From contig NC_082706.1 in NCBI RefSeq assembly GCF_030144855.1, forward strand, positions 15,562,001 through 15,626,000: a DNA stretch of 64,000 nucleotides. Direction: 5' to 3'. Position 1 is the first letter of the stretch. Every line of letters starts with the position of its first letter. This DNA comes from Hypanus sabinus (Eukaryota). Of this stretch, positions 11,737 through 24,475 are shown one piece after another. A model generated the notes under the pieces. It was not told where the DNA came from and made no database searches. It was given only the letters and a program-made list of their open reading frames with translations. The translations under genes and the position numbers were made by a program.

Positions 11737-14700
11737 ACAGTGACTCAATGGCAATCAACAACAATAACAACATACCGTATATATAAATATATATATAGAT
11801 ACATATATTTAGTATACTACATAATAATACAACTGCTATGTAGACATCCACAGCAGAGTAAATTTTAAATTGTCCAATTCAAGCTTGAAAATTTAATTGC
11901 TGCAGAGGATTTCTTACTCTTATAAGATAATGTTTTTCCTAACTGGGGGTGGCAGGGTAGTCACCTTGCTTAGCAGGTGAGGCTTGTGGCAGGGTAAAAA
12001 TCTCAGGTTCTGCGGCCACCTCCGTGCTGCTTCTGGGAGTTGACCCTGGCACTGCAGGAACGTGTCTGACAGGTCTGGACTTCAACAATCAACTCACTGA
12101 TGACCCCAGATGACATCAGATACAATCTCCACTGTGTAGGAGAGTGGTCCGTTTCTGTCCTTAATTTTTCCCAAGTACCCACACTTTTGATCACTTTTCT
12201 AGTTCCTCACCAAGACTGTTTGTCCAGGAGTTAAATACTGAACATCCTTGTTTTCGGAGCGCTGATTTTGTCTCAACTGTTTCTCTTGCATACTCCTTCT
12301 GCGATTGGGTTCAAATTTGAAGGAAAGGGACGATCCAGAAACAGCTTGGCTGATGAGTGGTTGGAGTGTGGAGTGGGCTGCTCTTGGCATCTTCTGGATG
12401 TGTTGGCATCCCAAAGAGTGCTCGATCTGCTGGTCCATCCCAGGCCGCCAGACAAAGCTTCAAGCCAGTGCTTTCATTTTGACCACACCTAGGTGGTCAG
12501 CTCCTCCAACACTTGAGCTCTCAGCTTGAATGGTGCAGCAATTCTCAATCTCAACGTAAGGCAACCCCTGTCAAGGGCAAGTTCATCCCAGTGCTGGTAA
12601 AAAATGGGAAAACTGGAATTTCTGCTGCACCTTCCAACCATTTTGATTTACCATGTGGACCTGAGGCAGTGTGGGGTCTTTTCTGGTTTCCGTTTAGATG
12701 ATCCCTGCCATAATAGGGAGGCCTTTGATTTGCATTTGGGAGAACACGTCAGGAGGAGTGTCCTCTTTTGTGAATTTTTCAGGTTATCTACTCTTCCAAG
12801 GGTAGATGGGACAATCCATCAGCATTTTCATGATTAATTGTCCTCTTGAATTTGATCTTGGAATTGTGTCCTCCAAGAAACAGCCGATTTCTGCATTCGC
12901 ACTCTGCTGTTAGCGGATCACCCTTCTGTGGATTGAAAATGCACTAGTGGATGAAGATCAGTAATGAGGGTAAACTCTCTCCCATACAAATACTGTTGAA
13001 ATGTTTTCCACCCCAGAGTCATGGCCTCTCTGTCACTCTGTGCATTATTTTTCTCTGCAGTGTGAGGGAACTTGATGCAAAGGCTATGGGGCATTCACTT
13101 CCATCACACATAACATGTGACATGAACCATAAAGCAGGGAATCACTGGATGACATGGATCATAATGAGTGAGTATAGTTTCTGACATCACTGCTTCCTTT
13201 GCCTTTTGGAAAGTCACTTCACACTGTTTTATCCATTGCCATTTCCTCCTGATCTGCAGTAATGAGTTCAAGGGGTGGAACAAAGTAAACAGGTTTGGCA
13301 GGAACCTGTTATAGTAATTGACAAATCCCAAAAAGGACCACAACTGTGACACATCCTTTGGCCTGGGGACATCCACCACCGCTTGAATTTTTCAGCACAC
13401 TCAAGTAATTCTTGTGCGTCAATGGTATGATCACAGTAAGTGATACTTGGTTTAAAGAATTTACACTTATGCTCTGAGCCCATAATCTTCTAATCTTTTT
13501 AACTGCCTTAAGATTCTGGAGATGTCCCTTGTAATTATCACTGGTAACGATGATGTCATCCAGGTAACACTTTGGGCAGCCTTGCAGTTCCTGGTCCATA
13601 GCTTTTTTGGTGCAGATGTTGCTCCAAAAACCATAGTGATAAATCCCTTTGTGAGTGTTTATAGTGAGAAACATGTTGGACATTTCTTCCATCTCCATCT
13701 GCATGTAGGCCTCAGCTGTCCACTTTGCTGAAGTGTCTTCCTCTTTACAAACATATTCTCTATCCTGGGCAGAGAGTATTGATCTACTCTCAGTCCTGGG
13801 TTAATGGTGACATTAGAATCACCACAGATCCTGACAGGCCCAGCCTTCTTGGCTACTGGGACCACTGGCATTGCCCATGGGCTCCACTCAGGCTTGGAAA
13901 GAATTCCTTAACCATGCAATCTATCTCACTGGCTATTTTATTGCAGGTAGTATAAGGAACGGGATGGGCTTTATAGAACTTGGATTGTCATTTTCATTTA
14001 ACACTATTTTACTCTTCATATATTTGAGCTTTCCAATGACATTCCTGAACACTGCTGTAGCATATCCAGTGCCTTTCTTAATTTGCTTTCAGTTGACTCT
14101 GGTGCAAGGCATGTGGCATGCAAACGGAAGACGGATCTCCAATCAAGTTGCAGTTGCCTCAGCCAATCATAGCCCTACAATGCTGGCTCTCCTGGATCTA
14201 TTTATACCACATACAAGCCCAATGTGGCTTGTTGTTTGTTGTATTTCACTGTTACAAATGATCTTCTCTCCAGTATAAATTATTAGTTGGATATCTGCAG
14301 CCTTCAGTTCAGTATCTTTGATTTGCCATTCAAACTCACTTTGTGGAATGACTGAAACATTCAAGCTAGTGTCCAATTCCATTTTAAATTAACTTCCCAT
14401 TCACTTCTGGTGTAAGCCATATTGTTTGTATCTTGTTACTTCTCACATTGTAAATCTCGAAGCTACTCAGTCCTGTGTCACTATCATCGTAATCAGATTT
14501 TTCATCAACAGCATGCAGACTGGTGCTTATTTTGAAAATGCAAATAGAGAGCGAGATAGAGGTTATGCGATAGAGATAATGGAGGAGGCAGTCAGAGAGT
14601 TGGCCATCTTATTTTTGGTGTGGTTCATTACTCTTGCTGCCTGGCTATGAATGCGTCCGTAACGGCACAGAAATTCAGAATTCCTGGGGGAAAAGAAAAT

Positions 14701-15129
14701 GCTGGAGATGCCATACTATTGATTAGCTTCAAGAGAATTGCAACTCTGTAAGTGGCGAGAGTGACCTCACCTGGATCCTCCTGAAATGCCTCTAGTTATT
14801 GGCCAAAGACCTGCTCCCCTAACTGCAGTGTGAATTCTGTCCTCTAAAAGGCCCAGTAGACATGGCCTTCACCTGACAGTCCCAAAATAAGTGCATAAGA
14901 AAAACAACCGCATGAGTGGGCCACTCAACTCAATGGCCACACCATTCAACACAATCATGGCCGATCTACGCTGGCTGCCTTCAACTCCTCTTCTGTATCA
15001 TAACCCTCCGGTCTTCAGTCTTTCAAACACACGTCCATCTGAATCTTAAATATATTTAATGAACTGGCCTCTACCACCTTCCAGGGCAGGGAATTCCAGG
15101 GAATCACGACTGCCTGAGGAAGATTGATC

Positions 15130-15345
15130 TTTTATTTATTGAGATACAGCGCGGAATAGGCTCTTCTGTCCCTTTGAGCCTCACTGCCCAGCAACCCCTG
15201 ATTTAACCCTAGCCTAATCACAGAACAATCTACAATGACCAATTAACCAACCAACCATGGGAGGAAACCGGAGCACTCGAAGGAAACTCATGCGGTCACA
15301 GGGAGAACATACAAACTCCTTATCGGCAGTTTGGGCATTGAGGGA
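15130..15345 (-). mobile_element. HE1/V-SINE-like SINE
   Basis: TTTATTTATTGAGATACAGCGCGGAATAGG tail in reverse. Confidence 0.8.
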
Positions 15346-16195
15346 TCTCAATTTTAGATAATGGGTGCACCAAACCATCGGCTGGAGGAACACAACAGGT
15401 CAAGCAGCTTCTGAGGGAGGGAAAGGTGTGTCGACAATTCCTTGCCCACAGATGCTGCAGAACTCACCGAGACCCTTCAGCCGGTTGTTTGTTGTTCCAG
15501 GTTCCAGCATCCGCCCTGTTTAAATGACCAGTCCCTGAGTTTGGTGCCGTATCACCTTGCTCACAAACTCATCCTCCAGTGAAAACAGGAAGCAACTGCA
15601 GAGTTGGACATGGATCCCAGCTTCCCCTCTGCACTTCTCACTGCCTCTAAAAATCAGCTGACATAATCGAAGTCCTTTCCCACCCTGCTTCTCCCCTCAC
15701 TCCAACAGGCAGCAGCTACGAAAGCCTGAAAGCACATACCACCAGGCTCAAAGACAGCTTCTATCCTGCTGTCATGGGTTACATTATATTAGCTCAGTAG
15801 TATTAAGTGTTATTTGGGAACTGGAAAGACATAATATACAGTATGCATTAAATCTTAAGATTTAAGACCTAAGATGTTTGCACAGTACTGCAAATGGATG
15901 AGAAAGGTATGTAGAGTTATGGTCCAGGTGCAGGTAGATGCAACTAGGCAAAACCCCCAGGCTGGCATAGACTAGATGGGCCAAACTGCCAAATTCTGTG
16001 CTGTGTTGCTCTTTGACTCCATGACTGTTCAAGGAGGAGGAAGAGCACTCTGGATTAGGTTGAGAAAACAAATCCCATTGAGACACTAGTGTAAAGAGTG
16101 GAGGGAGCACTCTGGATACCAGACTATCTAAAGCAACAGATACAGAATGCTGGAGGGAGTCAGCTGGTCAGGCAGCGTCTATAGAAATGAACGAA

Positions 16196-16232
16196 CAGTC
16201 GACATTTCAGGCCGAGACCATTCTTCAGGACT
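16196..16232 (-). ncRNA. Minimal type-I hammerhead ribozyme motif (Penelope-like terminal repeat), core intact
   Basis: AGUC-CUGAAGA-AUGGUCUCGGCCU-GAAAU-GUC^GACUG. Confidence 0.6.
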
Positions 16233-16594
16233 CAAGCTATCTTCAGGACCAAACTACGTATTTTGATACGTACTGTGTTCAATGCACACTACCAAATACG
16301 TAGCGATGTACTCACTATCGAGTAGTCAATCATTCCTCACCTGTCCAACATCGGCCTCATCAGCCCCTCAGTATCCACAGGATCAGAGCAGTTCCAAGTG
16401 GCTGTCAAAGAAGAGAACTTGAGTGCAGGCACATTAATGACTTGTACCCTATCTGGAATGGGGTTGATCCCAAGGAATTGCACGCAGTTGAGAGTATATG
16501 GCAAAGTTGACAGCAGAGACAAAAATGGGAGGAAAATCAGGATCTAAATGAGCGACATAGGTTGCTGCGATTTGTCGCACAGAAGCAACCTCTG

Positions 16595-16997
16595 TGGCCT
16601 CTGGAAATCCAAAGCAACACACATAAAATGCTGAAGGAACTCAACAGGTCAGGCAGCATCTATGGAAATGAATAAACAGTCGACGTTTTGGGTCAAGACC
16701 CTTCCTCAGGACTGATAAGGAAGTGAGAGGGCGTCAGAATTTTAAAAAAGGTGGGGGGAGGGAAAGGAGGCGAGCTGGAAGGTGATAGGCGAAGCCAGAT
16801 GGGTAGGAAGGGTAAAGGGCTGGAAGAAAGGAATCTGATAGAGGAGCAGAGTGGACCATAGGAAAAAGGAAAGGATGAGTGGATCTAGGGGAAAGTGATA
16901 GGTAGATGAGAAGAGGTAAGAGGCCAGAGGGGAATAGAAGAAGAGGGGTGGTGGAGAAGGAAAATTTATTTATTTTTTAACCAGAAAGAGAAATTGC
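16595..16997 (-). mobile_element. Penelope-like element 3' region with inactivated hammerhead (GAAA>AAAA, 16677-16714)
   Basis: Same layout as 2953-3297. Confidence 0.82.
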
Positions 16998-17164
16998 TGG
17001 AATACTGAGTGGAAAAGACTAAGGAATCCATTGAATGGTCAATGGATAGCCACTCTAGGTACATTCTTCAGCTCTGGTCGCAGGGCCCTCTTGCTTCATC
17101 AGAAGTCACCACGGTGAACGTCAGACACTGAACAGAGATTCCATCCAGGATAGATAGGACAGTA

Positions 17165-18047
17165 GTTGGCCTCATCAACAATGATAATGAGTCGGAGTAC
17201 AGAGAACTGGAGCAGCTGGTGCACTGGTGTGAGACAATCAACCTAAGTCTGAACGTGGAGAAGACCAAGGAAATCTCGGTGGATTGCAGGAAGGTGCAGA
17301 TGAACCACCCCCCGTGAATATATGGCTCCTCCATTGAGAGAGTTAAGTGCACCAAGTTCCTGGGGGTTCACATCCCGGATGACCTCACCTGGTCCCATTA
17401 ATATCACCTCCATAAACAACAAGGCATAGCAGTGCCTCCACTTCCAAAGGAGACTGCAGAAAGTGAGGCTCCCCCTCAGGCTCTTATCTTAACTGCATCT
17501 TATAGGAGTGCCATTGACAGCGTCCTGGCAAGCTGCATCTCCAACTGGTCCGGGAGCAGTCGAGCATCGGACTGGAAGTCCCTACAAAGGACTGTGAGAA
17601 CAGCTGAGAGGATCACTGGGGTCTCCCTACCATCCATCGTGAACATTTATCAGGAGCACTGTGCATGCAGGGTCCTCAGTATTACTCAGGATCCCACCCA
17701 TCCATCCAGCATCCTCTTCGACTTTCTACCATCAGGTAGGAGACTACGATGCATAAAAGCAAAAGCTGTCAGGGTGGGAAACCCTTCTTAACTGAGGACA
17801 CTAGGAACTCCCTGCCACATCACATTCAAAGTGTCACCGGTTAATCTGTTCTGTACCTTGAAATTTTAAAATTTATGCAGTTTAGTTTGTCTATTTATGT
17901 GTAATCCATCTGTAGATTTCATCCTGATATTCATAAGTTATTGTGTTTTATGTATACTACAGTTCTTTACACCCAGGTTTGGAGAAACGTTGCTTTGTTT
18001 GACAGTGCGCATGCATAGAATTAAATGACAAAAAACTTGACTTGGCC
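17165..18047 (+). mobile_element. Rex1/Babar-type LINE 3' fragment
   Basis: WCETINLSLNVEKTKE...KFLGVHI...SLQRTVRTAERITG...PSGRRLR; CTTGA tail. Confidence 0.82.
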
Positions 18048-18760
18048 TGAATTGATAGCACAGTGAAATTCCACAGAGAGAAAGGGTATTTCGGCTCTGT
18101 TCATTGTCAAACCTGCCGATTCCGATAAATACACCTTCACAGGAAAGTTGGACAAAGTTCGAAGGAACTATACTATCAAAGTACATACATGTCACATATA
18201 CCACCTTGAGATTCATTTTCTTGCAGGCATTCACAGTAGGATAGAGAAATACAATAAAATCGATGAAAATCTACACAAAGAGACTGACGACCAATGTGCC
18301 AAAAACTGTGCAAAATCCTCACCGCAGCCTGGGCATGAAAGTGTTAATGAGTCAGTAATCCAGTAACAGCATCCTCGATAGCTCCAAGGAGGAGGATGGT
18401 AATTGAGCAGTGATGCTGCAGTGGTCACTGGAGATCACTGCCTCCCCATCTGTTGTGCAGCACGAGCTCGCCGACCCGAACAATGATTCCAAGTTATTCA
18501 GCCGCACTTTCACCACAGCGTCTGCTGCTAGCTACCCAGCGGTGGAACTTAACAAAGTGGGCTCAATCGCAAATTGTGGCAAAGTCTTCTTTGCGGCAAA
18601 TGGTTCGGCAATGAAGGGAAGGAGTTGGTAAATTGATGATATAATTGTAAATCATTTTATTTTCTCTTAATTTGCTCTAAACAGTGCACACGGTTAGTTT
18701 TGTGCTTGTGCTTTGAACCAGAAGGTGTCCATTCACCAACATTTCTTCAGTTGTTCTCAG

Positions 18761-18839
18761 CAGGGGTTCCAACCTGGGGTCCACGGACCCCTTGGTTAAT
18801 GGGCAGGGTCCATGGCGTACAAAAGGTTGGGAACCCCTG
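18761..18839. mobile_element. hAT-type MITE
   Basis: TIRs CAGGGG.TCCAACC / GGTTGGGAACCCCTG. Confidence 0.8.
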
Positions 18840-19061
18840 CTAAGCCAAGTTGTGGTTGTGTTTCAATGTCAAAGTTAAAATCAAGTTTAGCATCATATGC
18901 CCAAGTACAGATGCAGAAGAGGGCTTCCAGGACGTTTCCTGGTTTAGAGAACTATCTGGCGGTTTGATGGTTATCTTTAAAAGCTTTTTGTTTGACGTAT
19001 GGCTCCGGGGTTGAACACCTAATGGGTTCTTTTTTTCCTCATCTTTTTCTTGCTTTAAGCC

Positions 19062-19760
19062 GAGTCAAGTCAAGTCACTTTTATTGTCATGTCGACCATA
19101 ACTGCTGGTACAGTACATAGTAAAAATGAGACAACGTTTTTCAGGACCATGGTTTACATGACACAGTACAAAAACTAGACTGAACTATGTAAAAAAAGAA
19201 ACACAGAGAAAGCTACACTAGACTACAGACCTACACAGGACTGCATAAAGTGCACAAAAACAGTGCAGGCATTTACAATAAATAATAAACAGGACAATAG
19301 GGCAAGGTGTCAGTCCAGGCTCTGGGTATTGAGGAGTCTGATAGCTTGGGGGAAGGAACTGTTATATAGTCTAGTCGTGAGAGCACGAATGCTTCGGAGA
19401 CTTTTCCCAGACGGCAGGAGGGGGAAGAGATTGTATGAGGGGTGCGTGGGGTCCTTCATAATGCTTCATAATGTTTCCTTTGCGGACGCAGTGTGTAGTG
19501 TAAACATCCGTGATGGTGGGAAGAGGGACCCCGATGATCTTCTCAGCTGACCTCGCTATCCACTGCAGGGTCTTGCGATCCGAGACTGTGCAATTTCCGA
19601 ACCAGGCAGTGATGCAGCTGCTCAGGATGCTCTCAATACAACCCCTGTAGAATGTGATAAGGATGGGGGGTGGGAGATGGACTTTCCTCAGCCTTCGCAG
19701 AAAGTAGAGACACTGCTGGGCTTTCTTTGCTATGGAGCTGGTGTTGAGGGACCAGGTGAG
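19062..19760 (-). mobile_element. Rex1/Babar-type LINE 3' fragment
   Basis: Reverse (GTCAA)n tail and reversed AWFGNCT...LPSG motifs. Confidence 0.8.
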
Positions 19761-19930
19761 AATCTCCGTAGGGCTTTCTTTAGTAGGGCTTTTTTTTCCT
19801 TTCTTCTCTTTTTTTTTGTGTCACCATATTTTTCAATCCTTAATATTGTTTTTTTTTTCCTTTTGAGACATACTTTCTTCGATGTACTCTTGTTATTTTG
19901 GATTATAATAATAAAAAGATTTGAAAAGGA

Positions 19931-20378
19931 AGGATAACTATCACGAGAGGCTGGACAAATATAGTCCAGTTTCTCTGGAGCGACGGAGGCGGAGGGGAGA
20001 TCTGATGGAGCTTCATAAGATAATGAGAGGCAGAGATAGAATAGACGGAGTATCTTTTTCCCAGCGTATAAGTATCCATACCAGAGGGAATCTATTGAAG
20101 GTGAGAGGGCAGGTACAAAGGGGCTGTGAGGGATAAGTTCTTTTACTCAGAGAGTGGTGGATGCCTGGAATGTGCTGCCTGGTGTGGTGGTGGAGGCAGA
20201 TACATTAGAGGCTTTGAAGAGATGTTTAGATAGGCACGTGGATGTAAGGAAGTTGAAGGGATATGGACACAGTGTAGGTAGGAGAGATTAGATTTTGAGG
20301 TTCTTTTATAGACTTTTTAGCTGATCTGGCACGACACTGTGGGCTGAAGGGCCTGTTCCTATGCTGTACCATTCTACG
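19931..20378 (+). mobile_element. CR1 LINE 3' fragment
   Basis: SLERRRRRGDLMELHKIMRG. Confidence 0.85.
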
Positions 20379-21207
20379 CTCCACATTCGATGCATGCACA
20401 AGTGCAATGTGAGGCTTACTTGTACAAAGCATGAACAATATTCAAAGAAAAACACAAGTGAGAAAAGAAAGAACACAAAGAGAACAGAAAGGAAGTGCCC
20501 ATTGCAGCACAACGAGGTCACAGTGTTGCTATACTGAGAAAAGGTACGGGTTGCGCGGAACGGTTCAGAAAATGGTTGAAGGGAATAGCTTTCAGGCTTC
20601 TGGGCCTCCGCCGTAGCTATGAGCAAATGGCATTGTCTGGGGTGCTGGGGATCTTTGATCAAAGATGTTGCCTTCTTGAGGTAGCGCCTAATGTAGATAC
20701 CACCAAAGTTGGAGAAGGATGTGCCCTTGACGTTCGGGTTTAAGTCTACTACCATTCTTAGCAGTTTCTTAAATTGCTGAGCATTCAGACGGGTGTAACA
20801 GACCACGTTGCAAGCAGTCAGGACTCTTTCAGCAATAAACTGTACGGGTTTAATTCCGAATTCAGGAGGATCTAGTCCAGCTGTACTTCCCTTTCCCGAT
20901 GACTGAAAGATACACACATGTCAGGTTCATTGACGAGAAGGATCCATCTAATATGGAGGGGCCACTGCACCAGATCAAGAAAAGCTGCAGAGGGTTCAAA
21001 CCTCAGACAACTACTTCAAGGGCACCAGCCTCTCCACCATCAAGGGCATTTTCAAAAGGCGATGCCTCAAAAGGGTGGAATCCATCATTAAGGACCCCCC
21101 ACACTTGCCCCCTTGCTACCAGCAGGGAGGAGATACAGGAACCTGAAGACATACACTCAACATTTTAGGAACTGCTTCTTCCCCTCTGATATCAGATTTC
21201 TGAATGG

Positions 21208-21592
21208 TCGACACTTCCTCCCCCTCCCCTTTTCTTCAGTTTCCCACTCTGGCCTCTTACCTCTTCTCACCTGCCTATCACCTCCCTTTGGGTCCCCTCC
21301 TCCTTCCCTTTCTCCTGAGGTCTATTTTACTCTCCTGTCAGATTCCTTCCTCTCCAGCCCTTGACTTTTCCTACCCATTTGGCTTCACCCCTCGCCTTCT
21401 AGCTATCCTCCTTCCCCTTCCTCCACCTTTTTATTCTGGCGTCTCCCTCCTTCCTTCTCAGTCCTGAGGAAGAGTCTCAGCCCAAAACATCGACTGTTCA
21501 TCGTTTCCTTGGGTGCTGCCTGACCTGCTGAGTTCCTCCAGCACTTTGTGTGTGCTGCTCTGGATTTCCAGCATCTGCAGAACCTCTCATGT
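21208..21592 (+). mobile_element. Penelope-like element 3' region with inactivated hammerhead (21459-21496), inserted in a Rex-type fragment
   Basis: CT-rich region then CAGTC-CTGAGGA-AGAGTCTCAGCCC-AAAAC-ATC-GACTG. Confidence 0.8.
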
Positions 21593-21771
21593 TATACCTA
21601 TTTTCCTCTCTTTTTTTACACTATTACTTTTTATGTATTCCTTATTGTAAATAATTGTAATTTTTAATGTATTGCTCTGTGCTGCTGCCATAAAATGAGA
21701 AATTTCTCAACCTATGTCAATGATAATAAACTCGATGCTGTTTTTGATCTGTACTGCACAGCCTTCCCACT

Positions 21772-22057
21772 TTACTTACTTACTGAGAAACAGCGCAGAA
21801 TTGGCCCCTCCGGCCCTCCAAGCCTCACCGCCCAGTGATCCCCCCCATTTAATCTCAGCCCAATCACGGGACAATCTTTACAATGACCAATTAACCTACT
21901 AACCAGTTCGTCTTTGGGCCGTTTGAGGAAACCGGAGCAGCTGGAGGAAACCCACGCGGTCACGGGGAGAACGTACAAACTCCCTACAGGCGGTGGTGGG
22001 AATTGAACCCCAGTCCCTGGCACAGTAAAGCGCTGTGTTAACCACTACACTACCAAG
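21772..22057 (-). mobile_element. HE1/V-SINE-like SINE
   Basis: Full reversed copy. Confidence 0.85.
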
Positions 22058-23067
22058 CCTTAGCATGTCCGGGGGGGGGGGGGGCAAGTGAAAAGAAAAG
22101 GCATCAGAAACCAGATATTGGTGACTGGTTTCAAAGAAACAGAGGTGAATTGAGGATTTTGTTTCCCCAGGATCTAAAATACTGTATATTGTAATGTACG
22201 ATCAAAGCAAGTTCTCAATATCAGTCTTCTAGAAATAAACACTTGAAGGAAGGGGACAGAGAGCAGAGATATAAGGAAAGAACTGGTGAATGAGACTAAA
22301 TGGAAAGCTCTTTGAATGAGATAGCACACATTCAGTGGGCTGAATGGCATTCAGTGTGCTACTAAAAAAATTACTCGGACCAGGTTTTGTATCTGCGAGG
22401 CAGTCATCAGCGCAATGAGGGGGGAGAAGGGCTCCGCCAACTCCGTTTCCTTCGAGAGTCTCGGAGCTAACCAACGCTGTGGCCTGGACGCTTCACTTGA
22501 GCCGCACTGCGTTTTTGGCAGCTGCTTCTTATCGCTCGAGCCCCGAGACCCATGATACACTGAGCGGAAAGCCAGGCATGCGGGAAATGGTGATGAAATA
22601 ATAATGGTTCGACTCTGCGTCTTGCTCCTGGCATTGGGAGCATCCGGGGGCTTCAGTGGGGATAGACAGATGCGCATTTAAATACTTCTTCACAGCGGCT
22701 GGAAGACAGCTGGCTGCCAGTGTGCTTGGAGATCGGTTTGTAGTCTCACTGCAAAGATTTCTGAAGTTACAATATCACAATTCAACCTCACCTATCCATA
22801 GTATGCAAGCTTCATACATTGTACTCCCAGTTTATATTTTATGAAAAGGTTTAAATTCCTTCACTGACCGGTGTACCTCATCTACTCTAAACATCCTCTC
22901 AAGCACAGTATAGTAAACTTAACGTGAAAGGTTACTGATTGAAGGAAATACCTTTCATATAACAGTTCAAGAAATTGACCTTGTTGGAAAAAAATTTCTG
23001 CATTGTTTTACTTCATTCAAGATTCAGATTGAAACATACAGGGAAATGTCTCGTTTGTGTTGACAAT

Positions 23068-23357
23068 GGGCGGCACGTAGCATATCAGTTAGCACAACAC
23101 TTTACAGTGCGGTAACCCGGGTTCAATTCCCACCCTTGCCTGTAGGGAGTTTGTACACTCTCTCTGTGACTGAGTGGGTTTCCTCCGGGTGCACTGGTTT
23201 CCTCTCTCAATCCAAAGATGCACTGGTTGGTAGGTTAATTGATCATTTGTAAATTGTCCCATGATTAGGCTAGGGTTAAATTGGGGGAAATCGCTGGACG
23301 GCGTGGGTCAGAGGGCTGGAAGGACCTGTACCCTGCTATATCTCAATAAATAAATAA
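23068..23357 (+). mobile_element. HE1/V-SINE-like SINE
   Basis: Full copy with (AATA)n tail. Confidence 0.85.
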
Positions 23358-23926
23358 GTGAACCAATGCTATGCTGAAGGCAAGAGTTGCCACACATTCC
23401 AGTGCCAACACAGCATGCCCACAATGCTCAGCAGAACACCACAGAGCATAACAGGGAACAAGACAACAGCAAATAAACAAGCCCCCCCCTTCCTACCTCC
23501 CATCTATGCACATACACTGACCTCTAACCCGAGGACAGGCCTCCGGTGGACACAGGCCCGTGTCACAGGCACATTCTGAGCTGCCGCGACTTATTCACTC
23601 TGCTAGTCATTGCATAAGCTGGAAGCGACACTTCCGATCCCAATTAGATCTCTTGGCCATCAAAAGTCTCAGAGATTTAACCTATGATCTTCTCCTGATG
23701 GATTTTCCAGACTGCAACGTTGCAAACTGGGACCCCCTCAGTGCTGGGTGAGGAAGTGGAGTAGTTCCTCCTTAACTTGACAAGTCAAAGCTTCAAGCTT
23801 CAAGTTTATTTATCATGTGTACATACAGTGATATGCGTTGTTTGCAATAACAACCAACACAACCAAGGGTGTGCTGGGGATGGCCGGCAAGTGTCACATC
23901 ACACTCTGGTGCCAACCTAGCAAGCA

Positions 23927-24325
23927 AAAACCGTAGCTGCTGGAAGCACTCAGCAGGTCAGGCAGCATCCGTGGAGAGAGAGAGAGCCAGAGTTAACACT
24001 GAGGCTGATGAAAGGCTATTAACCCAAAACATTAACACGAGGAAATCTGCAGATGCTGGAAATTCAAGCAACACGCACAAAATGCTGGTGGAACTCAGCA
24101 GGCCAGGCAGCATCTATAGGAAGAAGTACAGTTGATGTTTCAGGCCGAGAACCTTCGTCAGGACTAAGGATGAAGAGCCTCAGCCTGAAATGTCGACTGT
24201 ACTTCTTCCAAGAGATTCTGCCTGGCCTGCTGCATTCCACCAGCATTTTGTGTGTGTAACCCAAATCATCAATTCTGTTTCTCTTCCTACAGATGCTGCC
24301 TCCCCTGCTGAGTATTTTCAACATT
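23927..24325. mobile_element. Nested Penelope-derived fold-back elements
   Basis: Inner 89-bp inverted arms 24071-24159 / 24169-24257 inside an older fold-back copy. Confidence 0.8.
24129..24166 (-). ncRNA. Minimal hammerhead ribozyme motif, core intact
   Basis: UAGUC-CUGACGA-AGGUUCUCGGCCU-GAAAC-AUC^AACUG (stem I imperfect). Confidence 0.55.
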
Positions 24326-24475
24326 GTATGCTTTACTTAAATAAAAAGTTAATTCTAATTCACACTTTATCATGGATTAACTATAAGAATAGCTTTCAAG
24401 AAAACAACAGGTAGAACCTGAATATTATCATAACTACAGAGTCTACACGCAAATGGTAAAGGAAGGATATACATA

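Larger units (their letters stand above)
10772..14545 (-). mobile_element. Degenerate Gypsy/Ty3 LTR retrotransposon (protease, RT, RNase H, integrase remnants, PPT, 3' LTR)
   Basis: MELDTS (protease); PVVPVAKKAGPVRICGD and CYLDDIIV (RT); PKDVSQLWSFLGFVNYYNRF; LGVVKMKALA*SFVWRPGMDQQIE (integrase Zn domain); purine-rich CCAGGAGGAG followed by TGTTG at 10949. Confidence 0.88.
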
